A stretch of DNA of 32,000 nt, taken from contig NC_007517.1 in assembly GCF_000012925.1 (NCBI RefSeq), positions 2,730,001 through 2,762,000 of the forward strand. Direction: 5' to 3'. Position 1 is the first letter of the stretch. The number at the start of each line of letters is the position of its first letter. Positions 23,856 through 32,000 of this stretch are shown here, one piece after another. This DNA comes from Geobacter metallireducens GS-15 (GTDB lineage Bacteria > Desulfobacterota > Desulfuromonadia > Geobacterales > Geobacteraceae). A program made the translations under genes and the position numbers. The notes under the pieces were generated by a model. That model saw only the letters and a list, made by a program, of their open reading frames with translations, made no database searches and was not told where the DNA came from.

Positions 23856-25616
23856 ATGACCCAGTACGAATGGCTGCAAACAACCCTTTTTCTAGTCCTC
23901 CTCTTGGCCGTGGTGAAGCCGATGGGGGCCTTCATGGCTAAGGTCTTCCAGGGGGAGCGCACCATGCTGTCGCCACTCCTCGTCCCGTGCGAGAACCTCC
24001 TCTACCGGATCTGCGGAGTGAACCGTGACGAAGAGATGGACTGGAAGCGGTACGCCGTCGCCGTGCTCCTTTTCAATCTGGCGCTTTTTGTCTCGCTCTT
24101 CGCTATCCTGATGCTGCAGCACCTGCTGCCGCTCAACCCGCAGAAGTTCCCGGCCTACACCTGGCAACTGGCCCTCAACACCGCTATCAGCTTCGTCACC
24201 AACACCAACTGGCAGGCCTACAGCGGTGAATCGGCGGCCAGCTACTTCACCCAGACGGTGGGGCTGGCGGTGCACAACTTCGTCTCCGCCGCCACCGGCA
24301 TTGCCGTGGCGATTGCGGTGATCCGGGGCTTTGCCCGACGCAGGACCTCGATGCTGGGTAACTTCTGGGTCGACATGACCCGCTGCACCCTCTATGTCCT
24401 GCTGCCCATTTCCCTTATTGGTGCACTCATCCTGGTTTCCCAGGGGGTGATCCAAAACTTCAGCGATTACAAAACAGTCCCCCTGGTCCAGCCCATCACC
24501 TACGACAAGCCGAAGGCGGACGGCAAGGGGAATCCAGTCACCGGGCGCGTGACCGTCAAAGATATCACCATTCCCATGGGTCCGGTCGCGTCCCAGGAAG
24601 CGATCAAAGAACTGGGGACCAACGGCGGCGGCTTCTTCAACGCCAACTCGGCCCATCCCTATGAAAACCCCACACCCATTTCCAACATGGTTGAGATCTT
24701 CCTGATCCTCCTCATCCCGTTCGCCCTCACCTCCACCTTCGGCGTCATGGTGGGAAATACCCGCCAGGGGTGGGCGATCCTGGGGGTGATGCTCCTGATG
24801 ATGGCGATCTCCTTTGCCGTGCTGCAAGGCGTGGAAACGAGCGGCAATCCCCTCGTGGCCAAGCTGGGCGTCCACGGTGTCAACATGGAGGGAAAGGAGG
24901 TCCGCTTTGGGCTGGCCGGCGCGAGCCTCTTCACGGTGGCCACCACCGGTACCTCCTGCGGTGCGGTGGCCACCATGCACGACTCCCTCACCCCCCTCGG
25001 CGGCATGATCCCCCTGGGCCTGATACTTCTGGGCGAAATCGCTCCCGGCGGGGTCGGCTCCGGGCTCTACACCATGCTCGCCTTCGTGGTGATCGCAGTC
25101 TTCGTGGCAGGGCTGATGATCGGCAGGACGCCGGAGTTTCTGGGGAAGAAGATCGAGGTGCGCGAGATGTGGATGTCGATCATCACGGTCCTGGCAGCAG
25201 GGGTTGTGGTGCTGATCCTTTCGGGCGTCGCCATGATCACGCCTCAAGCCGTGGCCTCCAAGGCCAACCCCGGCGCCCATGGCCTGTCCGAGGTGCTGTA
25301 CGCCTTTGCCTCCATGGCCAACAACAACGGCAGCGCCTTTGCCGGGCTGAACGCCAACGTCGATTTCTATACCATTCTGGGTTCCCTGGCCATGCTGGTC
25401 GGGCGCTTTGCCCCAGCCGTCGCCGTGCTCGCCATGGCCGGTTCCCTGGCGGAGAAAAAGTACGTCCCACCCAGCCTGGGGACGCTTCCCACCGACAAGG
25501 TTCCCTTTGCCCTCTGGCTCATGCTGGTAATTCTGATCGTGGGCGCACTGACCTTTTTCCCGGCCCTGTCGCTTGGCCCGCTCGTCGAGCATCTGACCAT
25601 GCTGGGAGGTAAATAA
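23856..25616 (+). CDS. kdpA: Potassium-transporting ATPase subunit KdpA
   Basis: The track ORF begins at 23724. The ATG at 23856 ([24 protein letters not shown]...) has GGAGA upstream and gives the typical KdpA N-terminus. The protein is polytopic and carries the [10 protein letters not shown] and TNGGGFF selectivity-filter-like motifs. Confidence 0.95.
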   Translation: MTQYEWLQTTLFLVLLLAVVKPMGAFMAKVFQGERTMLSPLLVPCENLLYRICGVNRDEEMDWKRYAVAVLLFNLALFVSLFAILMLQHLLPLNPQKFPAYTWQLALNTAISFVTNTNWQAYSGESAASYFTQTVGLAVHNFVSAATGIAVAIAVIRGFARRRTSMLGNFWVDMTRCTLYVLLPISLIGALILVSQGVIQNFSDYKTVPLVQPITYDKPKADGKGNPVTGRVTVKDITIPMGPVASQEAIKELGTNGGGFFNANSAHPYENPTPISNMVEIFLILLIPFALTSTFGVMVGNTRQGWAILGVMLLMMAISFAVLQGVETSGNPLVAKLGVHGVNMEGKEVRFGLAGASLFTVATTGTSCGAVATMHDSLTPLGGMIPLGLILLGEIAPGGVGSGLYTMLAFVVIAVFVAGLMIGRTPEFLGKKIEVREMWMSIITVLAAGVVVLILSGVAMITPQAVASKANPGAHGLSEVLYAFASMANNNGSAFAGLNANVDFYTILGSLAMLVGRFAPAVAVLAMAGSLAEKKYVPPSLGTLPTDKVPFALWLMLVILIVGALTFFPALSLGPLVEHLTMLGGK

Positions 25617-25619
25617 TCC

Positions 25620-27689
25620 ATGTCGATACACAAGCCTGACCCGATCTCCATCTTCGACAGCCGGATTATGAAACCCGCGCTGATCGATTCCTTCAAAAAG
25701 CTCGATCCCCGGGAACTGTGGCGCAATCCGGTCATGTTCTGCGTGGAGATCGCCAGCGTCATCACGCTGGTAACCTTCATAATGTCGCTCACCGGAGCCA
25801 ACAGGGAGCCTGCCTGGTTCACCGGTCTGGTATCGGCCTGGCTCTGGCTGACGGTTATTTTCGCCACCTATTCCGAAGCTCTGGCGGAAGGGCGCGGCAA
25901 GGCGCGGGCCGCGTCGCTGCGCAAGACCCGCACCGAAGTGACGGCCAAACGACTCAGCAAACCGGCATTCGGTGACAACTTCACCTTGATCGGCGCCAAC
26001 CAGCTCCGCAAAGATGACTACATCCTGGTTGAGGCGGGAGAGTTGATCGCCGGCGACGGCGACGTGGTGGCCGGGGCGGCCCTGGTGAACGAGTCCGCTG
26101 TGACCGGCGAGTCGGCCCCGGTGGTGCGCGAATCGGGGGGCGATCGGAGCGCGGTCACCGGCGGCACCACGGTCATTGCCAACTCGATCATCGTCAGGAT
26201 CACCGCCAATCCGGGGGAGACCTTCCTGGACCGGATGATCTCCCTGATCGAGGGGGCCAAGCGGCGCAAGACCCCCAACGAGATCGCCCTGGAGGTGCTC
26301 CTGATCGCCCTGACCCTGGTTTTCCTCCTGGTCTGCGCCAACATCAGCCCCCTCTCCATGTACAGCGTCAGGGCCGCCGGCCAGGGGTCCCCGGTGTCGC
26401 TGACCGTCCTGACCGCCCTGTTCGTCTGTCTGGCGCCCACCACCATCGCCGCGCTTCTGCCTGCCATCGGCATTGCCGGCATGGACCGGCTGTTCCAGAA
26501 AAACGTCATCGCATTGTCGGGGCGGGCCATCGAGGCGGCCGGCGACGTGAACGTGCTCCTCCTGGACAAAACCGGCACCATCACCCTCGGTAACCGTGAG
26601 GCGGTGGCTTTTGTCCCGGTCGGCGGCCACAGCGAACAGGAACTGGCCGAAGCAGCCCTGATGGCGTCGCTCACCGACGAGACTCCTGAAGGGCGGAGCA
26701 TTGTGGCGCTGGCGAAGCAGAAGCACGGTCTGAAAAGTAACGCGCTCCCCCCCGATGCGGAAACCATCGCTTTCAGCGCCGAAACCCGCCTGTCCGGTGT
26801 CAACGCGGGCGGCAACCAATACCGCAAGGGAGCTGCCGACTCGACGGTTGCCTTTGTCAGAACCCTGGGTGCAAGGGCCATCCCCGGCGAACTGGCGGAT
26901 GTGGTCGACAGGATCGCCCGGGCCGGGGCAACCCCGCTCGTGGTCAGTTGCGACGCCGAGATCCTCGGAGTGGTAAACTTGAAAGACATCATCAAGAGTG
27001 GTATCCAGGAGAGGTTTCAGCAGTTGCGGAGCATGGGGATCAAGACCGTAATGATCACCGGCGACAACCCCCTCACCGCTGCCGCCATCGCGGCCGAGGC
27101 CCAGGTGGACGATTTTCTGGCCCAGGCCAAGCCGGAGGACAAGCTGCGCCTGATCAAGGAAAACCAGGAGGCCGGCTACATGGTGGCCATGACCGGCGAC
27201 GGCACCAACGACGCCCCGGCCCTGGCCCAGGCGGATGTGGCGGTGGCCATGAACACCGGCACCCAGCCGGCCCGGGAGGCGGCCAACATCATCGACCTGG
27301 ACAGCAATCCTACGAAGCTGCTGGACATCGTCGAGGTGGGGAAGCAGATTCTCATGACCCGTGGGAACCTCACCACCTTCAGCATCTCCAACGATGTGGC
27401 CAAATACTTTGCCATCATCCCGGCCATGCTCCTCTCCATCTATCCCCAGTTGGAAGTGCTGAACATCATGCACCTGGCCACCCCCCTGAGCGCGATCCTC
27501 TCGGCGGTCATCTTCAATGCGATCATCATCCCGCTCCTGGTCCCCCTGGCCCTCAGGGGAACCAAGTTCCGCCCCATGCCGGCCGAAAAACTCCTGATCC
27601 ACAACCTCCTCATCTACGGGGCCGGAGGGATCATCGCGCCGTTCGTGGGGATCAAGGGGATCGACCTGGTGATCGGGATGTTTGCATAA
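25620..27689 (+). CDS. kdpB: Potassium-transporting P-type ATPase subunit KdpB
   Basis: 689 aa with the DKTGTIT phosphorylation motif, TGDN and [27 protein letters not shown] lies 10 nt upstream. Confidence 0.97.
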   Translation: MSIHKPDPISIFDSRIMKPALIDSFKKLDPRELWRNPVMFCVEIASVITLVTFIMSLTGANREPAWFTGLVSAWLWLTVIFATYSEALAEGRGKARAASLRKTRTEVTAKRLSKPAFGDNFTLIGANQLRKDDYILVEAGELIAGDGDVVAGAALVNESAVTGESAPVVRESGGDRSAVTGGTTVIANSIIVRITANPGETFLDRMISLIEGAKRRKTPNEIALEVLLIALTLVFLLVCANISPLSMYSVRAAGQGSPVSLTVLTALFVCLAPTTIAALLPAIGIAGMDRLFQKNVIALSGRAIEAAGDVNVLLLDKTGTITLGNREAVAFVPVGGHSEQELAEAALMASLTDETPEGRSIVALAKQKHGLKSNALPPDAETIAFSAETRLSGVNAGGNQYRKGAADSTVAFVRTLGARAIPGELADVVDRIARAGATPLVVSCDAEILGVVNLKDIIKSGIQERFQQLRSMGIKTVMITGDNPLTAAAIAAEAQVDDFLAQAKPEDKLRLIKENQEAGYMVAMTGDGTNDAPALAQADVAVAMNTGTQPAREAANIIDLDSNPTKLLDIVEVGKQILMTRGNLTTFSISNDVAKYFAIIPAMLLSIYPQLEVLNIMHLATPLSAILSAVIFNAIIIPLLVPLALRGTKFRPMPAEKLLIHNLLIYGAGGIIAPFVGIKGIDLVIGMFA

Positions 27690-27703
27690 GGAAAGGGGAA
27701 ACC

Positions 27704-28273
27704 ATGAACGACATAAAACCGGCTATTATGATGGTACTCGTCTTTACCATCATCTGCGGCGGTATCTATCCGGCGGTGGTTACCGGGATTGCCCAGGCCG
27801 TATTTCCAAAAGAGGCCACAGGGAGCTTCATCACCGACCGGAGTGGCCGCGAGATCGGATCGGCACTCATCGGCCAGCCCTTCTCCGATTCGAAGTATTT
27901 CTGGCCCCGCCCGTCGGCAACCACTGACTTCGGCTACAACCCGGCCGCTTCCGGCGGCTCCAACTCCGGTCCGACCAATCCTGACTACCTGAAGACAGTG
28001 GCCAACCGGGTCAAGGCACTCAAAGATACGGGCGTCTCCACCGGAATCCCGACCGACTTGGTTCAGGCCTCGGCCAGCGGCCTCGATCCCCATATCTCGC
28101 CGGAAGCGGCAAGCGTGCAGATTCCCCGGGTCGCCAAGGCGCGGGGCATGATGGAGGACAAGGTGAGGAGGCTCGTATCCGGCCACACCGAAGATCGTCA
28201 ATTCGGAATTATTGGAAGTCCGCGGGTGAATGTGCTGGCACTGAATCTGGCATTGGATAGGTTGGCCCCATGA
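27704..28273 (+). CDS. kdpC: Potassium-transporting ATPase subunit KdpC
   Basis: The in-frame track ORF 26948..28273 has a long Arg/Pro/Gly-rich extension overlapping kdpB. The ATG at 27704 (MNDIKPAIMMVLVFTIICGGIYPAVVTGIAQ...) follows AAGGAAAGGGG and gives a KdpC-like single-TM protein (SASGLDPHISP motif). Confidence 0.9.
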   Translation: MNDIKPAIMMVLVFTIICGGIYPAVVTGIAQAVFPKEATGSFITDRSGREIGSALIGQPFSDSKYFWPRPSATTDFGYNPAASGGSNSGPTNPDYLKTVANRVKALKDTGVSTGIPTDLVQASASGLDPHISPEAASVQIPRVAKARGMMEDKVRRLVSGHTEDRQFGIIGSPRVNVLALNLALDRLAP

Positions 28274-30936
28274 CCGATATCAACGACGAAAGACGCCCCT
28301 CGCCGGAGGCGCTTTTGAGGCTCGCCCAGAAGGAAGAGGCTCAAGCGGAACAGGGAAGGCTGAAGATCTTTCTCGGCTATGCAGCCGGTGTCGGAAAGAC
28401 CTACGCCATGCTGGAGGCAGCCCGCCAGCGGAAAGGGGAAGGCCGGGACGTGGTGGCCGCGTACGTGGAGTCCCACGGCCGGGCCGAAACCGATGCACTT
28501 CTCGAAGGGGTGGAGATCATCCCACCGGCACGCATCGAATACCAGGGGGTCACACTTCGCGAAGTGGACGTGGATGCGGTGCTGGCCCGAAAACCCCAAC
28601 TCGCCCTGGTGGACGAGCTGGCCCACACCAATGCCCCCGGCTCGCGGCACGAGAAACGCTGGCAGGATGTGGAGGAACTCCTGGCGGCCGGCATCAACGT
28701 CTACACCACGGTCAACGTCCAGCACTTCGAGAGCCTGAACGACGTGGTGGTGCAGATCACTGGCATTGCGGTGCGGGAAACCGTCCCTGACAGCCTCCTG
28801 GACCAGGCGACGGAGATCCGGCTCGTGGACATCCCGCCGGAGGATCTTTTGCAGCGCCTGCGCGAAGGAAAGGTTTACGTACCGGAGCAGGCCGCGTTTG
28901 CCACGGAGAAGTTCTTCCGGCCCGGCAACCTGATCGCCCTGCGGGAGCTGTCCCTTCGCCGCGCCGCCTCCCGCGTGGACGAGGAGATGCGGGCCTACAT
29001 GGAGTCACGGGCGATTCCGGGGCCCTGGCCGGCGACCGAGCGGCTCCTGGTGAGCGTCAGCGGCAGCCCGTACAGCGAGCGGCTGATCCGTACCACCCGC
29101 CGCCTGGCGGATGAACTGAAGGCCCCCTGGTTCACGGTCTACGTGGAGACTCCCGGCGGCGGGCGACAGGAGCAAGAAAACCGGAAACGGGTCTGGAAGG
29201 ATCTCCGCCTGGCAGAAAGCCTCGGCGCCCACGTTGCCACTCTAACCGCCACGTCGGCGGCGGATGCAATCATCGACTACGCCCGCAGCCACAACGTCAC
29301 CCAGATCGTGGTCGGCAAGCCGGCCAAGCCGCGCTGGCGCGAGCTCCTGCGCCTTCCCCTTGTCGATCAGATTATCCGCCTGAGCGGCGCCATCGATGTG
29401 CACGTCGTCAGCTTCGAACCGGCCGGAGCCAAAAAGGGACCGGTAATCCCCAGACAGAGAAGGCCGATTTCCCTCACCGGATACATGGCGAGCCTGGCCC
29501 TGGTCGCCGCTACTACCCTGGTTTGCCTCCTCGGCCGCCCATTCCTCGCGCCGACCAACATGGTCATGATCTACCTGCTGGCGGTGGTTCTGGCCGCGCT
29601 GCGGCTCGGCCTCAAGCCGGCAATCCTTACGGCCTTTCTGGGTGTCCTGGCCTTCGACTTCTTCTTCGTGCCGCCACGCCTGACCTTTGCCGTGGCAGAC
29701 ACCCAGTATCTCATCACCTTTGTCGCGCTCTTCACTGTCGGGGTGGTCATCAGCACCCTCGTCTCCAAGGCGCGCGAACGGGCCGAAGCTGTGCGGGAAC
29801 GGGAGGTGCAGACCGCGGCCCTCTACTACCTGAGCCGCGACCTGGCCGCCGCCGCCGACATCGAAACCCTCGTGCAGGCTGTAGTCAGAAACATCGGCGA
29901 GTCACTTGCCGCCGGATCTACCGTGCTCCTCCCCAAAGGGGACCGGCTCGAAGTTGCTGCCGCGAGCAAAGGGCTCAAACCCGATGTAAAGGAGATGGCA
30001 GTGGCCGACTGGGCGTTTCGCAACCGGCAACCGGCGGGACAGGGGACCGAAACACTCGTCTCGGCAGGTCTCCTTTATCTTCCGCTCCAGACATCGGGGA
30101 ATATCCTCGGGGTACTGGGGATCAGGCTGAAAAACGTTGCCGATTATCGGTCTACCCAGCCCCGTCGGCTCCTCGACGCCTTTGTCACCCAGACCGCCAT
30201 GGCGCTGGAGCGGGTCCAGCTCTCCCGGCAGGCCGAGCAGACCCAGATCCTCCAGGCCCGGGAAACCCTCGAACGTGCCCTTCTCAATTCCATTTCCCAC
30301 GACCTGCGTACTCCCCTCGTTTCCATAACCGGCGCCCTGGACACCCTGCGGGAAAAGGTGCATACCCTGGCCAACGAAGCCCGGATGGAGCTTCTCGACA
30401 CCGCATGGGAAGAGGCGGAGCGGCTGAACCGCTTCGTCGGCAATCTCCTCGACATGACCCGTTTGGAGGCCGGGGCGCTCAAGGTGAAGAAGGAGCTGTG
30501 CGATGTTCAGGATCTGGTCGGATGCGCTCTGGCTGCTCTCGAACGGCGGATCGGAGGGCGGCAGGTCGATGTACATCTCCCCCCCGATCTGCCGCTCGTC
30601 AGGATGGACATGGTCCTGATGACCCAGGTGCTGGCAAATCTGCTTGATAATGCGTTAAAGTACTCGCCACCGGAAAGCGGCATAGAGATATCTGTTCGTG
30701 TGAATGACGGGAGGCTCGAAATGGAGGTGGCCGACCACGGTCCCGGAATTCCCGAACAGGACCTGAAGAGGGTATTCGACAAGTTCTACCGAATCCCGAT
30801 CCCGGAAGGGTCACGGGGGACCGGCCTTGGTCTCTCAATCTGCAAGGGGATTGTCGAGGCTCACGGCGGCGCCATCCGGGCCGAAAACCGGGCACGTGGC
30901 GGATTGAGAGTAATCGTCACGTTAACGATCAAATAG
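28270..30936 (+). CDS. kdpD: Sensor histidine kinase KdpD
   Basis: 888 aa with these elements:
- KdpD N-terminal domain (GYAAGVGKTYAML)
- Usp-like region
- four TM segments
- GAF-like region
- H-box (ISHDLRTPL)
- HATPase (LDNALKYS, DHGPGIP, GTGLGLSIC)
The start overlaps the kdpC stop as ATGA. Confidence 0.95.
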   Translation: MTDINDERRPSPEALLRLAQKEEAQAEQGRLKIFLGYAAGVGKTYAMLEAARQRKGEGRDVVAAYVESHGRAETDALLEGVEIIPPARIEYQGVTLREVDVDAVLARKPQLALVDELAHTNAPGSRHEKRWQDVEELLAAGINVYTTVNVQHFESLNDVVVQITGIAVRETVPDSLLDQATEIRLVDIPPEDLLQRLREGKVYVPEQAAFATEKFFRPGNLIALRELSLRRAASRVDEEMRAYMESRAIPGPWPATERLLVSVSGSPYSERLIRTTRRLADELKAPWFTVYVETPGGGRQEQENRKRVWKDLRLAESLGAHVATLTATSAADAIIDYARSHNVTQIVVGKPAKPRWRELLRLPLVDQIIRLSGAIDVHVVSFEPAGAKKGPVIPRQRRPISLTGYMASLALVAATTLVCLLGRPFLAPTNMVMIYLLAVVLAALRLGLKPAILTAFLGVLAFDFFFVPPRLTFAVADTQYLITFVALFTVGVVISTLVSKARERAEAVREREVQTAALYYLSRDLAAAADIETLVQAVVRNIGESLAAGSTVLLPKGDRLEVAAASKGLKPDVKEMAVADWAFRNRQPAGQGTETLVSAGLLYLPLQTSGNILGVLGIRLKNVADYRSTQPRRLLDAFVTQTAMALERVQLSRQAEQTQILQARETLERALLNSISHDLRTPLVSITGALDTLREKVHTLANEARMELLDTAWEEAERLNRFVGNLLDMTRLEAGALKVKKELCDVQDLVGCALAALERRIGGRQVDVHLPPDLPLVRMDMVLMTQVLANLLDNALKYSPPESGIEISVRVNDGRLEMEVADHGPGIPEQDLKRVFDKFYRIPIPEGSRGTGLGLSICKGIVEAHGGAIRAENRARGGLRVIVTLTIK

Positions 30937-30946
30937 GGGAGAAGAA

Positions 30947-31648
30947 ATGCCGAAGGAAAACCGTCTACCGCGGATACTCATAGTCGATGACGAACTGGCG
31001 ATACGGCGCTTCCTCTGCACCGCCCTCGATACCGGGGAGTTTTCCCTCCACCAGGCGGAAAACGGCCATACAGCGCTGGCGGCAGCGGTTGCGACGATGC
31101 CGGACGTGATCCTCCTCGACCTGGGGCTTCCGGATATGGACGGGGTTGAAGTCATCCGACGGATACGGGAGTGGTCCCAGGTGCCGATCATCGTCCTTTC
31201 CGTGCGGGAGCGTGAGGACGACAAGGTGGCTGCGCTGGATGCCGGGGCGGACGACTACCTGACCAAGCCATTCGGCGTCGCAGAGCTTGTGGCCCGGATT
31301 CGCGCGGCACTGCGGCGCGCCTTGCAACAGGTGCCGGAACCCATCTTCCGTTCCGGAGACCTGGAGGTGGACCTGGCGCGCCGGCGGGTAACGGTCGACG
31401 GCAGCGAGTCCCAGCTCACCCCCACCGAGTACGAACTGCTGCGCCTCCTGGTGGTCCATGCGGGAAAGGTCCTCACCCACAGCCAGATTCTCCGGCAGAT
31501 ATGGGGGGTCTCCCACCTCGAGCAACCCCACGTGCTGCGGGTGAACATCAGCAACCTGCGCCGCAAAATAGAAATGGACCCCTCCCGTCCGCGCCACATC
31601 CTCACCGAACCCGGAGTCGGCTACCGGCTCCGGAGCGACGGCAGTTGA
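30947..31648 (+). CDS. kdpE: OmpR-family response regulator KdpE
   Basis: 233 aa. Contains a receiver (ILIVDDE...LDLGLPDMDG...KP) and a winged-helix output domain (LTPTEYELLRLL, VGYRL). Confidence 0.95.
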   Translation: MPKENRLPRILIVDDELAIRRFLCTALDTGEFSLHQAENGHTALAAAVATMPDVILLDLGLPDMDGVEVIRRIREWSQVPIIVLSVREREDDKVAALDAGADDYLTKPFGVAELVARIRAALRRALQQVPEPIFRSGDLEVDLARRRVTVDGSESQLTPTEYELLRLLVVHAGKVLTHSQILRQIWGVSHLEQPHVLRVNISNLRRKIEMDPSRPRHILTEPGVGYRLRSDGS

Positions 31649-31675
31649 TTTTTCCCCGCCCCCTCCGTGCGTCTG

Positions 31676-32000
31676 CTATTTTTTCGCCGGCGCCTTCGAC
31701 TTCTGATGGGCCAGGTCGAACTGGAGCATCAGGTAGCCGTAATGGATGTCGTCGCCGCTCCCGGCGGCGTCGCGAAAGAACTTCCCGGTGAAGAAGTGGT
31801 CGTAACCGGCAACGAGCGAGAGGTTGCCGTTCACCGCATAGGTCAGGGTAAAATCGGTCTCCAGGCCGATGCTGCGGCTGAATCCCTCCTCCACGTGGTT
31901 GGCAAGGAAGTAGCGCCCCGTGGCGGAGAGGTTCAGTTCCTTCGTGAGGTCGATTCCCCACCCGATGGTGTAGATCTGGAGGCCGCTGGCATGGTGGTCG
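31676..32000 (-). CDS. C-terminal part of an outer-membrane beta-barrel protein (alginate-export/porin-like); gene continues past the right edge
   Basis: The frame stays open from the window edge: ...LQIYTIGWGIDLTKELNLSATGRYFLANHVEEGFSRSIGLETDFTLTYAVNGNLSLVAGYDHFFTGKFF...YGYLMLQF. Alternating hydrophobic beta-strand periodicity is visible. The family assignment is from memory. Confidence 0.5.
   Translation of the reverse strand, partial: DHHASGLQIYTIGWGIDLTKELNLSATGRYFLANHVEEGFSRSIGLETDFTLTYAVNGNLSLVAGYDHFFTGKFFRDAAGSGDDIHYGYLMLQFDLAHQKSKAPAKK

Noticed and set aside
23892-27602. A 1236-aa minus-strand ORF, the longest in the window
   Set aside because: It lies antisense to kdpA and kdpB, whose plus-strand translations carry unmistakable family motifs ([22 protein letters not shown]). 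Its product is a low-complexity G/D/R/H/E/P-rich string with no recognisable domain. This is typical of a stop-free mirror frame in GC-rich DNA.
26948-27703. N-terminal 252-codon extension of the kdpC reading frame
   Set aside because: It overlaps kdpB in another frame and is Arg/Pro/Gly/His-rich. The KdpC-like sequence with its single TM helix begins at the ATG at 27704, which has its own ribosome-binding site.
29523-30647. A 374-aa plus-strand ORF inside kdpD in an alternative frame
   Set aside because: Its composition is Arg/Pro/Gly-rich, and it lies fully inside the well-supported kdpD frame.
1-32000. A search for tRNA/rRNA genes, CRISPR arrays, IS elements or transposases, integrases, and toxin-antitoxin or defence genes
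   Set aside because: None was recognised. The intergenic regions are short to moderate and are explained by promoters and terminators. The only repeats are the intragenic MCP duplication, the paralogous MCP cassettes and short terminator or operator-like motifs.

Overview
This is about 32 kb of roughly 60% GC bacterial chromosome with dense, mostly same-strand coding. My inference is a Geobacter-like (Desulfuromonadales) origin, based on gene content and protein style. I found no tRNA, rRNA, CRISPR array, IS element or integrase.

Positions 1-22.9 kb are all minus-strand and form one large sensory supercluster. In coordinate order it contains:
- a partial HpnJ-like radical SAM gene
- an EAL+HDOD protein
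- a cheW-cheR-cheD-cheB operon
- three paralogous transmembrane MCP genes, each with its own sigma-28-type promoter and hairpin terminator
- a GAF-GGDEF cyclase behind a sigma-54-type promoter
- a hybrid histidine kinase with a periplasmic CxxCH (DUF3365-like) sensor and a C-terminal HPt domain
- an operon of an atypical soluble two-tip receptor, a STAS protein, cheY and cheA
- a stand-alone receiver
- a cytochrome P460-like protein

Positions 23.6-31.6 kb on the plus strand hold a small orphan ORF, kdpABC and kdpDE. A partial outer-membrane beta-barrel gene on the minus strand sits at the right edge.

The observations most worth follow-up are:
1. CheA has two back-to-back MshEN-type c-di-GMP-binding motifs inserted before its dimerisation domain, in a cluster bracketed by GGDEF and EAL genes.
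2. A soluble receptor-like protein has two chemoreceptor tip motifs and a CheZ-active-site-like FxDxTxQ motif between them.
3. The first MCP contains an exact in-frame 675-bp tandem duplication of a PAS-like module that carries a C-X8-C-X4-C-X-C motif.
4. An 18-nt palindromic motif is shared by two sigma-28 promoter regions about 17 kb apart.

All functional calls come from reading the translations and motifs by eye. No database search was run.
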